A DNA stretch of 60,099 nt from an uncultured Candidatus Peribacteria bacterium (GTDB taxonomy: Bacteria; Patescibacteriota; Gracilibacteria; Absconditabacterales; Absconditicoccaceae), in the NCBI GenBank assembly GCA_964424505.1, contig CAYRIQ010000001.1, positions 1 to 60,099 on the forward strand. The letters are read 5' to 3'. The translations under genes and the position numbers were made by a program. Positions 11,607 to 28,392 of the stretch are shown here, piece after piece. Below the pieces are notes generated by a model. The model did no database searches and had not been told where the DNA came from. It saw only the letters and a list, made by a program, of their open reading frames with translations. Positions within the stretch are counted from its first letter, which is position 1. Each line of letters begins with the position of its first letter.

Positions 11607-12611
11607 ATGACCGGTATAATAATGACCATAGGACCAGCTACCAATAGTGAAGCACAGCTTATCAGATGCTATGAAAATGGTGTCAGGATATTAAGGTTCA
11701 ATTTCCCTCATTATACCCAAGAAACCACAAAGAGAGATGTAGATAGTATTCATGCAGTTGAACAAAAAATTTGAGGAAAATTTCAATTGCTGCTCGATAC
11801 AGAAGGACCAGAAATTAGGACAGGATTTCTACAGACACCCATTAGCTACACTATTTGAGATGTGTTTAAAATTTATATCAAAGAAAGTGAAAGAGATACA
11901 AGGGGATTATTTTGTGATTATCCTTCATTAGTTGCTGATGTGAAAATAGGGGGAATCGTAAAAATTGATGCAGGATTGCTCGAAGCTGAAGTCGTAGAAA
12001 AATGATCAGAATATATAGGAGTTAAAGCATTGAATAGTTTTACAGTTGGCTCGAGAAGACATATTAATTTGCCAGGTATTCACTATAATTTACCAGGGAT
12101 TACATCAAGAGATAAAGAAAATGTATTATTTGCTATAAAAGAAAGATTTGATTATATCGCATTAAGTTTTACGAGAAAAGCTGATGATATTATTGAGCTA
12201 AGAAATTTTCTCAAAGCCAATGGTGGTGAGAATATAAAAATTGTGGCTAAGATAGAAAATCAGGAAGGAGTTGATAATGTAAGCACTATAATTGATGCGA
12301 GTGATATAGTGATGATAGCTAGATGAGACCTAGGGACTGAATTACCCGTAGAGATGATTCCTATCCATCAGATGAATATCGTCAAAACATGTAAAATAAA
12401 AAATACTCCTGTCATTGTAGCTACGCAGATGTTAGAATCTATGATTTACAATTCTGTGCCAACGAGAGCAGAAGTGAGTGATATTTTTTATGCAGTTCGT
12501 GAAGGCGCTGATTATGTGATGCTATCATGAGAAACTGCTATTGGAAAGTATTCAATTGAATGTGTTAAAGTGATGAATAAAGTGATTACTGAAGCAGAGA
12601 AATATAAATAG
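11607..12611 (+). CDS. pyk: Pyruvate kinase, barrel (A+B) domains only; C-terminal alpha/beta domain absent
   Basis: MTIGPAT, LRFNFPH, LLLDTEGPEIRTG, INLPG, IALSFTR, VAKIENQEG, MIARGDLG (Gly=TGA), ATQMLESM, MLSGETA. Ends at TAG 12609, about 334 aa. Confidence 0.85.
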
Positions 12612-13023
12612 ACTTATATTGTGGAAAGGTGAATATATGGAAATAGTAATTCCTCAATCTGTCCATCCTTTTCTAGTCTCTATACCACTGTTTAAATTTT
12701 TTAATTTGGGTAAGAATATGCGTATGTATTTCTCATCCATTTTTTTTTATTTTTTCAAAAGTTTTTTCAAAAACACGAGACTGATATCCATTGAGATATG
12801 ATCTTCACAAAACAACATCAATAATCCGATTATTTAGTTTTTGCTCGATATTTTGAAACATATAATATATAGTACATAAAATATTTATTTTCATAAATAC
12901 TATAAAAAAAACCTTGTAATTATCAAACCAAAAAACTAACAATAAAATTGTAATATATCTCTACGAGATGTAATTTGAACTACGTTCGTAATTCATCGTA
13001 ATTGCCAATTACGCGAATCAGAC

Positions 13024-13215
13024 AGGAGGAATCCATCCTTTTCGCTCCAGCGTCATTCCGGCAGCTTGCCCCGCAGAACTGCGTGGGTTAAGTGTTGCAG
13101 CCGGAATCCATACTACAGAAGCCAAAGAGTCTTTCAGTATGGATTCCCTCTTCCAAACATTGGCGCGGGAATGACGTCTAAGGGTTTATGGATTTCCCCT
13201 CAGGTTTAAGGGAGA
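13024..13215 (+). repeat. GC-rich composite palindromic element E2
   Basis: Nested inverted repeats: gcgtcattcc/ggaatgacg, ggaatccatact/agtatggattcc, ccgcag/ctgcg. The modules are collinear with the element at 53561-53695 read on the minus strand. Confidence 0.75.
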
Positions 13216-13252
13216 CAAACAATAAATTTTACTATTTATTATACGAATATTT

Positions 13253-14404
13253 ATGATCAAGACACTTCTTTCGTTACTAGTACTTCTATCGATGATAAGC
13301 ATTACCAACGCCTTTGATTTTTCTGGTTGTCAGGAAAAAGTATTTACGGTAACTGCATATTACTCTCCTGTAAGTGGCCAAGTATTTTATTATAAATCAA
13401 ATTTTCAAGCAGAAGTGACTCTAAACGGAGAGTGATATTTCGGTGCTTCTGGTAAAAAAGTTTTCAATGGTATGTTAGCATGACCAGCAACCTATCCGTT
13501 TGGATCAGTAATATATTTTCCTTGATTTGGCTTGGGAGAGATAGCTGATAGAGGAGGAGCAATCGTGCTTTCAGGTGAAAAATGACAAAAATTTGATCGT
13601 ATAGATGTTCGGATGGGAAAAGGAGAAGAATGACTTATTAGAGCACTTACGTTTGGTAAAAAAAATATGACCGGGCATTTCTGTGACCCTAAAATAATTA
13701 AGACATCACCAAAAGATACATTACTTCGAGACAATATTCCTGTACTCAAAAACTTTTTTGATATTGCACTACGGATTCAACAGCTCGAAGAAGGAAGAAA
13801 TGATATCCGAACATGGACATTACAAAAATATCTAGTGAAACTCTGATATCTCAACAAAAAATATCGAAACGGAAACTATGAGACAAATACAAAAAACGCA
13901 CTTTGTAGATACCAAGTCGTCAAAAAAATTGTTGGAGCAAAGCACCCTGATTGTTGAGCTTTTGGTAAAGCAACAAGGTATACGATGAAGCTTGATGTAC
14001 AAAGTAAAAATCTTTTGCCTAGCAATTTATATGCGACAGGAACTTTCGCTTCGATTGTAGATGCAGCAAAATACTACAACGGCTATCCGAGACAACCTTC
14101 TAAACTTTCAAAACCTTTTAACGTTTTAACAGAGGAAATAAAAGTATCTAAGCCCAAAGTCTTCTTGTTTTACAGAGCTTACACAAAATGACAACAATCC
14201 TCAGAGATAAAAATCCTACAAAATTTTTTACAATCACAAGGGCTTTATAGTGGAGAAATTGATGGTATCTATTCCAAAATCACTACAAATGCCGTCTATG
14301 AATTTCAAAAAAAATATTCTCTGATTTCTGATGACGATCCATTAAATTTGAGAGGATACCTTTGACCAAAGACGAGATCAAAGATCAACGAATTAAAAAT
14401 ATAA
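13253..14404 (+). CDS. Secreted 3D-domain (MltA/RlpA-like barrel) protein with two PG_binding_1 repeats
   Basis: Signal peptide MIKTLLSLLVLLSMISITNA. 3D-type motif EIADRGGAI...DRIDVRMG. C-terminal LQNFLQSQGLYSGEIDGIYSKITTNAVYEFQ. The frame is joined through many TGA codons. Confidence 0.7.
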
Positions 14405-14407
14405 AAA

Positions 14408-14431
14408 ATCGCCCAGCTATAGCTGGGCGAT
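14408..14431. terminator. Bidirectional hairpin between convergent genes
   Basis: atcgcccagcta/tagctgggcgat is a perfect palindrome. Confidence 0.7.
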
Positions 14432-14436
14432 TAAGT

Positions 14437-14745
14437 CTAATTCTTTGAAAAATTAAAATGGGATGGCTGTGTATTTTCAGCTACATAGTCTTTAAAAGCA
14501 ACTTCGATTTTTTTACACTTTTTTATTGTTTCAAGCAATACGTCCAGTGTGGATTTGTTTTCTTCAATAAAATCTTTTGGTACATTTTGTAAAAAAAACG
14601 TGCCTAAAATTTCAGTATCGTTTTTTTTGCTTTCTATGAAATATTTAATTCCAAATTCCTCGTTTACTGCATTTATGTATATATTCATCATAAGAATAAA
14701 CACTTTATCCTCAGTAAATACTTTTGTAATTAATGTTTTTATCAT
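14437..14745 (-). CDS. Hypothetical protein (start uncertain; the ORF extends to 14814)
   Basis: Open frame ending at TAG 14437. No recognisable family. Confidence 0.4.
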   Translation of the reverse strand: MIKTLITKVFTEDKVFILMMNIYINAVNEEFGIKYFIESKKNDTEILGTFFLQNVPKDFIEENKSTLDVLLETIKKCKKIEVAFKDYVAENTQPSHFNFSKN

Positions 14746-14872
14746 AATAATATATTTTTTTGTTTTGATGCTTATATTTATTAGACACATAAAGTCAATA
14801 TAATTTACTTGCATTTGTATGGTAAATATATATAGGTAAAAAAATTAAAACAAAACATTAAAACAAAATATT

Positions 14873-15310
14873 ATGAATATAATAGAAAGAGTATGTAAAA
14901 TTGTTTTTACAAAAAAATCAGAGGAAAAATCACAAATCAATTTACATGAAGGATCAAAACCTTCAGAAGATCTTATTGATTCCATAATTGTAGTGATAAA
15001 AAAATTCGCAAAAAATCATCGGATTAGTATTGACCAAAAAATGGGCACAATACATATGACGGTATGTAGCGTTATAAAAGAACTGCCACAAGAAATGCAA
15101 TCTAGACATTATTCTAGAGGTGCTTCTGTATTCCTATCCAAAACAAAAGTATCATTTAATATGTATAGTATGGAATTACTTAGGAATAATACAAAATTTC
15201 ATATTATATCAATTGAAATTCACAATAATGAATCAATAATAAATTATAAAGTATATAACAAATTGTATGATTTACGTTCTACCATTAAAAAAGACATTAT
15301 TAAATGATAA
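14873..15310 (+). CDS. Hypothetical protein (145 aa)
   Basis: The ORF reads through a terminal TGA to TAA 15308 and is followed by a strong terminator. Confidence 0.5.
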
Positions 15311-15342
15311 ATATCCACTCATATTGAGTGGATATTTTTTTT
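15311..15342 (+). terminator. Rho-independent terminator
   Basis: atatccactca-tat-tgagtggatat followed by T8. Confidence 0.8.
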
Positions 15343-15374
15343 GTTTGGGAAAAGATAAAAAGTCTAAAAAATCT

Positions 15375-15402
15375 CTTGCAATCGCCTTCATTTTTTCTAT
15401 AA
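15375..15402 (+). promoter_or_regulatory. Promoter-like TTGCAA-16 nt-TATAAA ahead of the rplJ leader
   Basis: Hexamers read directly. The roughly 150-nt leader contains a gtagg/cctac stem, but an L10-leader identity is not established. Confidence 0.3.
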
Positions 15403-15554
15403 AGCTGACATAAACACCCAAGACAGTAGGTTGCTCAAAGCATAAAATATCAATTCCTACCTAGGTTCACATACAGATATAATTTTTTGTATACGAGCCC
15501 TAAAAAGGTCTTTTTTGTTTTGAAAGCAATATTTAATTATTTAAGTTGTATAGT

Positions 15555-16256
15555 ATGACAATTACTAAAGAAAAAAAACATCAGCTCTTGGCCAAATATA
15601 AAGAAGATCTAAGTGGCGCAGCAAATGCAGTTATTGTACAACAAAAAGCTGTACCAGTAAATGTTGCCAATAAGGTTAGGATGGAAATCAAAACAGCTGA
15701 TGGACAAATGAATATTATAAAGAAAAGAATTTTTCTCAGAGCACTCAAAGACGCGTGACTCGAAGATGTAAATGTAGATGTATTGGAAGGACCAGTGTTT
15801 GCTTTGTATGCACATGAAAATGAATTTGGACCGATCAAAGTAATCAATAAATATTTGAAGGAATTTAAAAAAGAAAATAAAGGATCAGAATTTTCTTTTG
15901 TGGGATGATGGTTTGAGAAGAAATGGGAAAGTGGTGACTATGTCAATGAATTAGCAAATGTGCCGACAAAAGAAGAATTATTATCAAAACTTTGTTACTT
16001 GTTCAATTATCCATTGCAATCATTTGCTTGTGTTCTTAGTGAGATTGCTAAAAAGCTCGAAGCTTGAAGCCCAAAGCCTGAAGTTATAAAGGAAGAAGTG
16101 AAAGAAGAAAAAATAGAAGAAACTAAAATAGAAGAAGTAAAAGAAGTCATTGCGAGCGAAAACGAAGCAACCCAGGAAGAAAAAAAAGAAGATGCTCCAG
16201 TAGAAGAAAAGAAAGAAGATGAAATTCCATCACAAGAAGCTAAAACAGCAGAATAG
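15555..16256 (+). CDS. rplJ: Ribosomal protein L10 with a long acidic K/E-rich C-terminal extension
   Basis: MTITKEKKHQLLAKYKEDL..., joined through three TGA codons. The tail reads EEVKEEKIEETKIEEVKE...EEKKEDE. Ends at TAG 16254. Confidence 0.85.
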
Positions 16257-16354
16257 TCTAAAGGTAAAAACATTGTCGTTTAAACGTTTGAGTGTTTGTT
16301 CGTCTCATCGTTTCAACATATTTAAAGTATTTTTATTATTTATTTCATACAAGA

Positions 16355-16747
16355 ATGACAGAATTATCAGGAAATGCACAAAAGATAATGGATCTCGTAA
16401 AAGAGATGAGTGCAGTAGAATTAAACCAATTAGTAAAAGGATTGGAGGAAGCTTTTGGTGTAAGTGCAGCTGCTATGGTGGTTGCTGGATGAGCTGCTGG
16501 AGGAGCTGCAGATGCAGGTGCTGCTAGTGGAAATTCTGATACCGTCAATATCGAATTGACTGATATTGGGCAACAAAAAATTGGAGTTATTAAGGCAGTT
16601 AAAGAACTTCTTGGTTTAGGACTTAAAGAAGCTAAAGATTTAGTAGAAAAGGCACCTACAGTGGTAAAAGAAAATGTTAAATATGAGGAAGCTGAAGGTA
16701 TCAAAGCTAAATTAGAAGCTGAAGGAGCGACTATAACACTTAAGTAG
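16355..16747 (+). CDS. rplL: Ribosomal protein L7/L12
   Basis: [36 protein letters not shown], an Ala/Gly hinge (one TGA), then [23 protein letters not shown]...[12 protein letters not shown]. Confidence 0.9.
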
Positions 16748-16819
16748 AGCTTAGTGGCTAGAACTTGGAGCTTAGATTTTTTTGTCTAAGGTCTAAAATC
16801 TAAAGTCTAAGGTCTTTTA
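16748..16819. repeat. Periodic-word hairpin H3 3' of rplL (word TCTAAG/CTTAGA, 7-nt period)
   Basis: agcttag..ctagaa..gcttaga-ttttttt-gtctaaggtctaaaatctaaagtctaaggtc. TCTAA recurs every 7 nt. Confidence 0.65.
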
Positions 16820-16839
16820 TTTATCAAATTGTAAAAATT

Positions 16840-17502
16840 ATGAGTATATCTGTAAACGATGTAATTGGGTCTCAGGTGCATATTGGTACGCTCAAAAGCG
16901 AAGCTCATCCAAAAACCAATAAATATTGGGCAGGAGTAGTCAACAATATCGCGATTATCAATCCTGAGATTATCATTGAGCAGATCGAAAGTGCACAAAA
17001 AAAGATTCAGAAAGCTAAAGAGGAAGGAAAAGAAATTTTGGTGGTTTCTGAAAAGAAAATGTACGCTGACGAACTAGAAAAGCTTGGTGAAAAATATGGG
17101 TTTAATTACCTCAATTATAAATTACCGTCTGGATTTTTGACAAATTTTGAAACACTTAAAAAAAGAATAGAGTCTATGAATACCATGGCTCGTTTTGTAG
17201 ATACTGAAAACTATCTTTCATTGACAAAAAAAGAACAATTAGTATACAAGAGAAAATTGGCTAGAGTTTTGAAAATTTATAAGGGAGTTAAAAACCTTGC
17301 AAGAAAGCCAGAATTGGTGATTGTGCTTGATGGTCAAATGATGGACAATTTTATCAATGAATTGGTAAAAAGTTCTGATATTCAAAATATTATTATTGCA
17401 GGGACAAATTTTTCTAGACGATGGGCAGAAGATAGTATTATCCTTGGAAATATATGAAGTCATAAAAGTGTAGACTTTATATTAAATAGTATGTTTAGTT
17501 AA
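16840..17502 (+). CDS. rpsB: Ribosomal protein S2
   Basis: GSQVHIGTLKSEAHPKTNKY and an S2-like core. The ORF reads through TGA 17455 to TAA 17500. Confidence 0.85.
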
Positions 17503-17561
17503 TTATATACAGCGTAGTATATAAAAATTGCAAATAGCAATTTATATTCTCTTTGCATTAT

Positions 17562-17977
17562 ATGAAAGAATCAAACATCACAGAGATAGAAAATCAATCT
17601 TCACAAGAGGTATATATGCCTAGTAGCATTGAAAAAAAAAGAGCAGTGATGATGTATGTTTTGATTGGTATTATAGTCGTTGGCTTTGATAACCGTAAAA
17701 AAGCGATTTTGAATTATTTCATCTCAAACAATCATTGGGTTGGCGGTCTGTTTTTTTGCTTTTATTAGTGATATCATTGGTGTTTGTATTTATTCCTATA
17801 GTAAAATATGTGCCTATAGGGGTAGCAATTATTATGATAATCTGTTTAAGTGTATTTATCAAAAAAGCGTGGGATGGAAAATATCTCGTTGATAAAAAAA
17901 ACGCATTAGCATTGTTTGTAAGTTTAGGGGACCGGATAATGAATTTATTTGAAATAAATAAAGAATCTACTCAATAA
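17562..17977 (+). pseudogene. DUF4870-like small membrane protein, frame broken at an A6 tract
   Basis: Frame A runs to TAG 17766. Frame B, open from 17699, carries the family-like SDFELFHLKQSLGW and three TM helices. The switch must occur in taaaaaag (17696-17703). Confidence 0.5.
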
Positions 17978-18059
17978 GAAAATGAGAAATATCTACTGAG
18001 GTACAATAATTCATACATATAGTATTCATTATTAATTTTAAATTATTAACTACATAATA

Positions 18060-18854
18060 ATGTGAAATATAGAGTTATTGAAGCAATTAAGAGAAATTAC
18101 TTTTGCTCCGATTAAAGACTGTAAAGAAGCTTTAGTAGAATCTGGTGATGATTTAGAAAAAGCACAAGAAATACTTAAAAAAAAAGGTATTGCAAAAGCA
18201 GGCAGTAGATGAGAAAGAGAAACTAAAGAAGGAATAGTCAAAGTAATAGAACAAAATGGCAAAATTATCGGACTAAAATTATTGTGTGAGACTGATTTTG
18301 TTGCAAAAAATAACAATTTTCAAGCTTTATTTGATTCTGTACTAGCAAAAATTGCTCAAAGTACCAAAGAAATACAAAGTTTGGAAGATTTAGAATCTGA
18401 AATTGCTACACAGGTAGATAATGAAATCAAAGAATTTATGGGAAAGACAGGTGAAAATATGAAAATAGGTGCAGTATTGGTGACAACAAAACCAGCGTTT
18501 GTGTACAATCATCCTGGAAATAGAGTAGCTTCACTGATCTTTTTTGAGGGTGGAAATCCAGAAATTGCCAAAGAATTAGCATTACAAGTAACTGCTATGA
18601 ATCCTACATATGTATCTTTTGAACAGGTAGATGCTGATGAAATTACAAAAATGAAAGAAGAATTTGGAGCAGAATTAAGAGCTGCAGGTAAGCCAGAAGC
18701 TATGGTACAACAAATTGTCGATGGAAAAATTCAAAAAACATTGGCAGATTTTGTATTATTAGAGCAAGAATATATTAGAGATGGGGCAAAAAAAATAAAA
18801 GATATTTTGCCAGAAGGTATGAAAATACATGCATTTATGAGAATAGCTATTTAG
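18060..18854 (+). CDS. tsf: Elongation factor Ts
   Basis: [43 protein letters not shown] (UBA) and [15 protein letters not shown]. The second codon is TGA. Confidence 0.9.
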
Positions 18855-18905
18855 ATACAATTACTTAGTATAAATAATTGATTTTAAAACTTAAAAAAGG
18901 TAATA

Positions 18906-19472
18906 ATGCAAAAGTATGATGTAGTATTGTTGATTGACGCATCGTTGTCAGAAACCAATCGTAAGGAAGTTGTTTCTGAGTTTGAAAAGCTCATCAAAAA
19001 AAATATTGTCCAACAAGACGATATTGGACTCCAACAATTAGTGTATAATTTAGGCAATAAAGCCTGAAATGATAAAGCGTATGTGTATTCGTATTACATT
19101 GATGCTGAAGCAAGTGATTTGGAAATGATCAAGAAAACAGTATTATATAACAAAGCTATTAAGAGATACTTCATTTTCAAAATGGCAAAGACTGAAGAGT
19201 TTGTTCCATTTGAAAAAATCAATAAAGAACTTACTGAAATTATAGAATCTTGGGATCCAAAAAAACTTTGACAAAAAGTGACGTTTTTTTCTGACAAAAA
19301 AAATGAAAAATATCTTACTCGAAAAGCTGTTACTATGCTAAAAAAATATATTACAAGATTTAGTAATATTAAACCTAGAGAATATACACACAACTCTGTT
19401 TCAACCCAAAAAAAACTTAAAACAGTGATACTGAGAGCTAGAGAACTAGGGTTTGTAGAATATACTAAATAA
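18906..19472 (+). CDS. rpsF: Ribosomal protein S6 fused in frame to ribosomal protein S18
   Basis: The S6 part reads MQKYDVVLLIDASLSE.... The only codon between it and the S18-like part (LKKYITRFSNIKPREYTHNSVSTQKKLKTVILRARELGFVEY) that would stop under the standard code is TGA 19269. No TAA/TAG occurs before 19470. Confidence 0.8.
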
Positions 19473-19527
19473 ATATCAAACATCCATTTAGTACAATACT
19501 AATATTTATCATTTATAATAAAGTAAC

Positions 19528-19683
19528 ATGGCTAGTAAATTAAGAAGAGTGAGAAAATATTCTCGAACCAAAAGGATAGGAAAACACGGATTTAGAGAGA
19601 GAATGAAAACAGCATCATGAAGGGCTTTGTTGAGCAGAAGAAGAAGAAAAGGAAGAAAACAATTGACGGTTCAAAGATCGTAG
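19528..19683 (+). CDS. rpmH: Ribosomal protein L34
   Basis: [48 protein letters not shown]. Confidence 0.9.
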
Positions 19684-19934
19684 AAATCGATTTTTGATTT
19701 TTTTGTTTTTATGGTAAACGTATTTTGTAGTTTGATATGTTTGTTACATCAAAATGTGTGTCGTTATTATAAAAATCAATCTGATTCGTACTGACGACAT
19801 TTGATTTGATTATTTGGGACAAAATCAAACAATATTGTGATTTCAAATAACAGTCCGTATAAAGGGAAAAATATTGTATTCTATCCATTGCATAAACCAT
19901 ATTCATTGTTTATTTTCTTATCACAGATAACCTT

Positions 19935-23612
<3,678 letters not shown>

Positions 23613-23722
23613 AAAAATAACACGATCCATGATGTACGAACAGTATAGTAGTATAAGCAAATAGTTCTTGCATCTATTAGTCATTAAAGTTAGTCATTTA
23701 TTTTCTTACTAAGAATATTAGT

Positions 23723-27541
<3,819 letters not shown>

Positions 27542-27707
27542 GTAAAGTACGTCTTGAAAAGAGTATCGAAATCGCTATACACAAGCCTACTGCATTGATA
27601 ATGAATAATACATGATGGATAATGTCAGGAAATTATGTACAATATAGCATCATTTATTACATTTTACTTTGCTTTTCATTTGTTTTAATCGTTAGTTATA
27701 GTATAAA

Positions 27708-27980
27708 ATGGCACACAAAAAAGCCGGTGGATCGGCAAAAAATCTGAGAGATTCAAAACCAAAGTATAGAGGCGTCAAGGTTTTTGGATGACAAAAAGCT
27801 GTTGCAGGAAATATTGTTATTAGACAAAAATGATCTAAATATGAATGTGGAAAAAATACTTATTTAGGGAGTGATTTTTCTGTTCATGCAAAAATTGATG
27901 GTACTGTCTCATTTAGCAAGAAAAAAATCGTTAGATTTGATGGTAGAAAATACCTTAAGACTATTGTAGATATCAAATAA
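27708..27980 (+). CDS. rpmA: Ribosomal protein L27
   Basis: [29 protein letters not shown]...IVIRQKGSK. Confidence 0.9.
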
Positions 27981-28053
27981 ACTTTGTTGCAAGTTAAAAC
28001 ATTAATATTTCAATCTTTCAACTTTTCAATATTTTAACATTCTAACTTTTTAA
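27981..28053. repeat. Periodic-word hairpin H4 3' of rpmA (TTTCAA/TTGAAA-type words, 8-nt period)
   Basis: atttcaatctttcaacttttcaatattttaacattctaac. TCAA recurs every 8 nt. Confidence 0.65.
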
Positions 28054-28056
28054 GTT

Positions 28057-28287
28057 ATGACAATCTGACCAAAAAAGAAAATTTCCCAATCACAAGGACG
28101 TAAAAGGCATTCTACATGGGAAAGACTAAATATTAAAAGAATGGTAGAAACTCACAAAATTTCTACTTGTAAAAATTGTGGTGCAAAAAAACTTTCGCAC
28201 AGAGTATGTCCAGTATGTTGATATTACAAAGGAAAACAAGTATTGACTATCAAAAGCAAAAGCAAAGATACAGTGGTAAACGCTTAA
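28057..28287 (+). CDS. rpmF: Ribosomal protein L32
   Basis: MTIGPKKKISQSQGRKRHSTW...[25 protein letters not shown]. Confidence 0.85.
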
Positions 28288-28292
28288 GAGCA

Positions 28293-28365
28293 TGCAAAAG
28301 TGGAAACATGGGAAAGTGGAAAAATTAAAAAATCTTTCAACCTTTCAATCTTTCAATGTTAGAAG
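28293..28365. repeat. Periodic-word hairpin H5 3' of rpmF (GTGGAAA words, then TTTCAAC words)
   Basis: aaagtggaaacatgggaaagtggaaaaattaaaaaatctttcaacctttcaatctttcaatg. Confidence 0.65.
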
Positions 28366-28392
28366 TTGGTCTTTAGTTTCTTAGTTTTCCAT

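Noticed and set aside
12619-12801. ORF in the pyk-downstream gap (FFYFFKSFFKN...).
   Set aside because: It is a low-complexity Phe/Lys product of an AT-rich spacer. It has no start context or homology signal.
13024-13215. The GC-rich island as a structured RNA gene (RNase P RNA, tmRNA, SRP or 6S).
   Set aside because: It lacks the RNase P GAGGAAAGUCC/ACAGAA core, a tmRNA tRNA-like end or an SRP domain IV motif. Its modules recur at 53561-53695 and in the intragenic copies, so it is a repeat-family member. An Infernal scan would still be the decisive test.
16007-16704. Minus-strand ORFs 16007-16273 and 16345-16704, and plus-strand ORF 16219-16527.
   Set aside because: These are shadow or alternate frames of rplJ and rplL. 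The products are low-complexity, and the L10 and L7/L12 frames are unambiguous.
19709-19906. Minus-strand ORF in the rpmH-rpoB spacer.
   Set aside because: It is an AT-rich spacer ORF with no supporting motif or translation signals, and it is probably rpoB leader DNA.
27981-28365. Periodic repeats as a CRISPR array.
   Set aside because: The units are only 7-8 nt with no spacers. The arrays are shorter than 80 nt and palindromic. There are no cas genes in the window.
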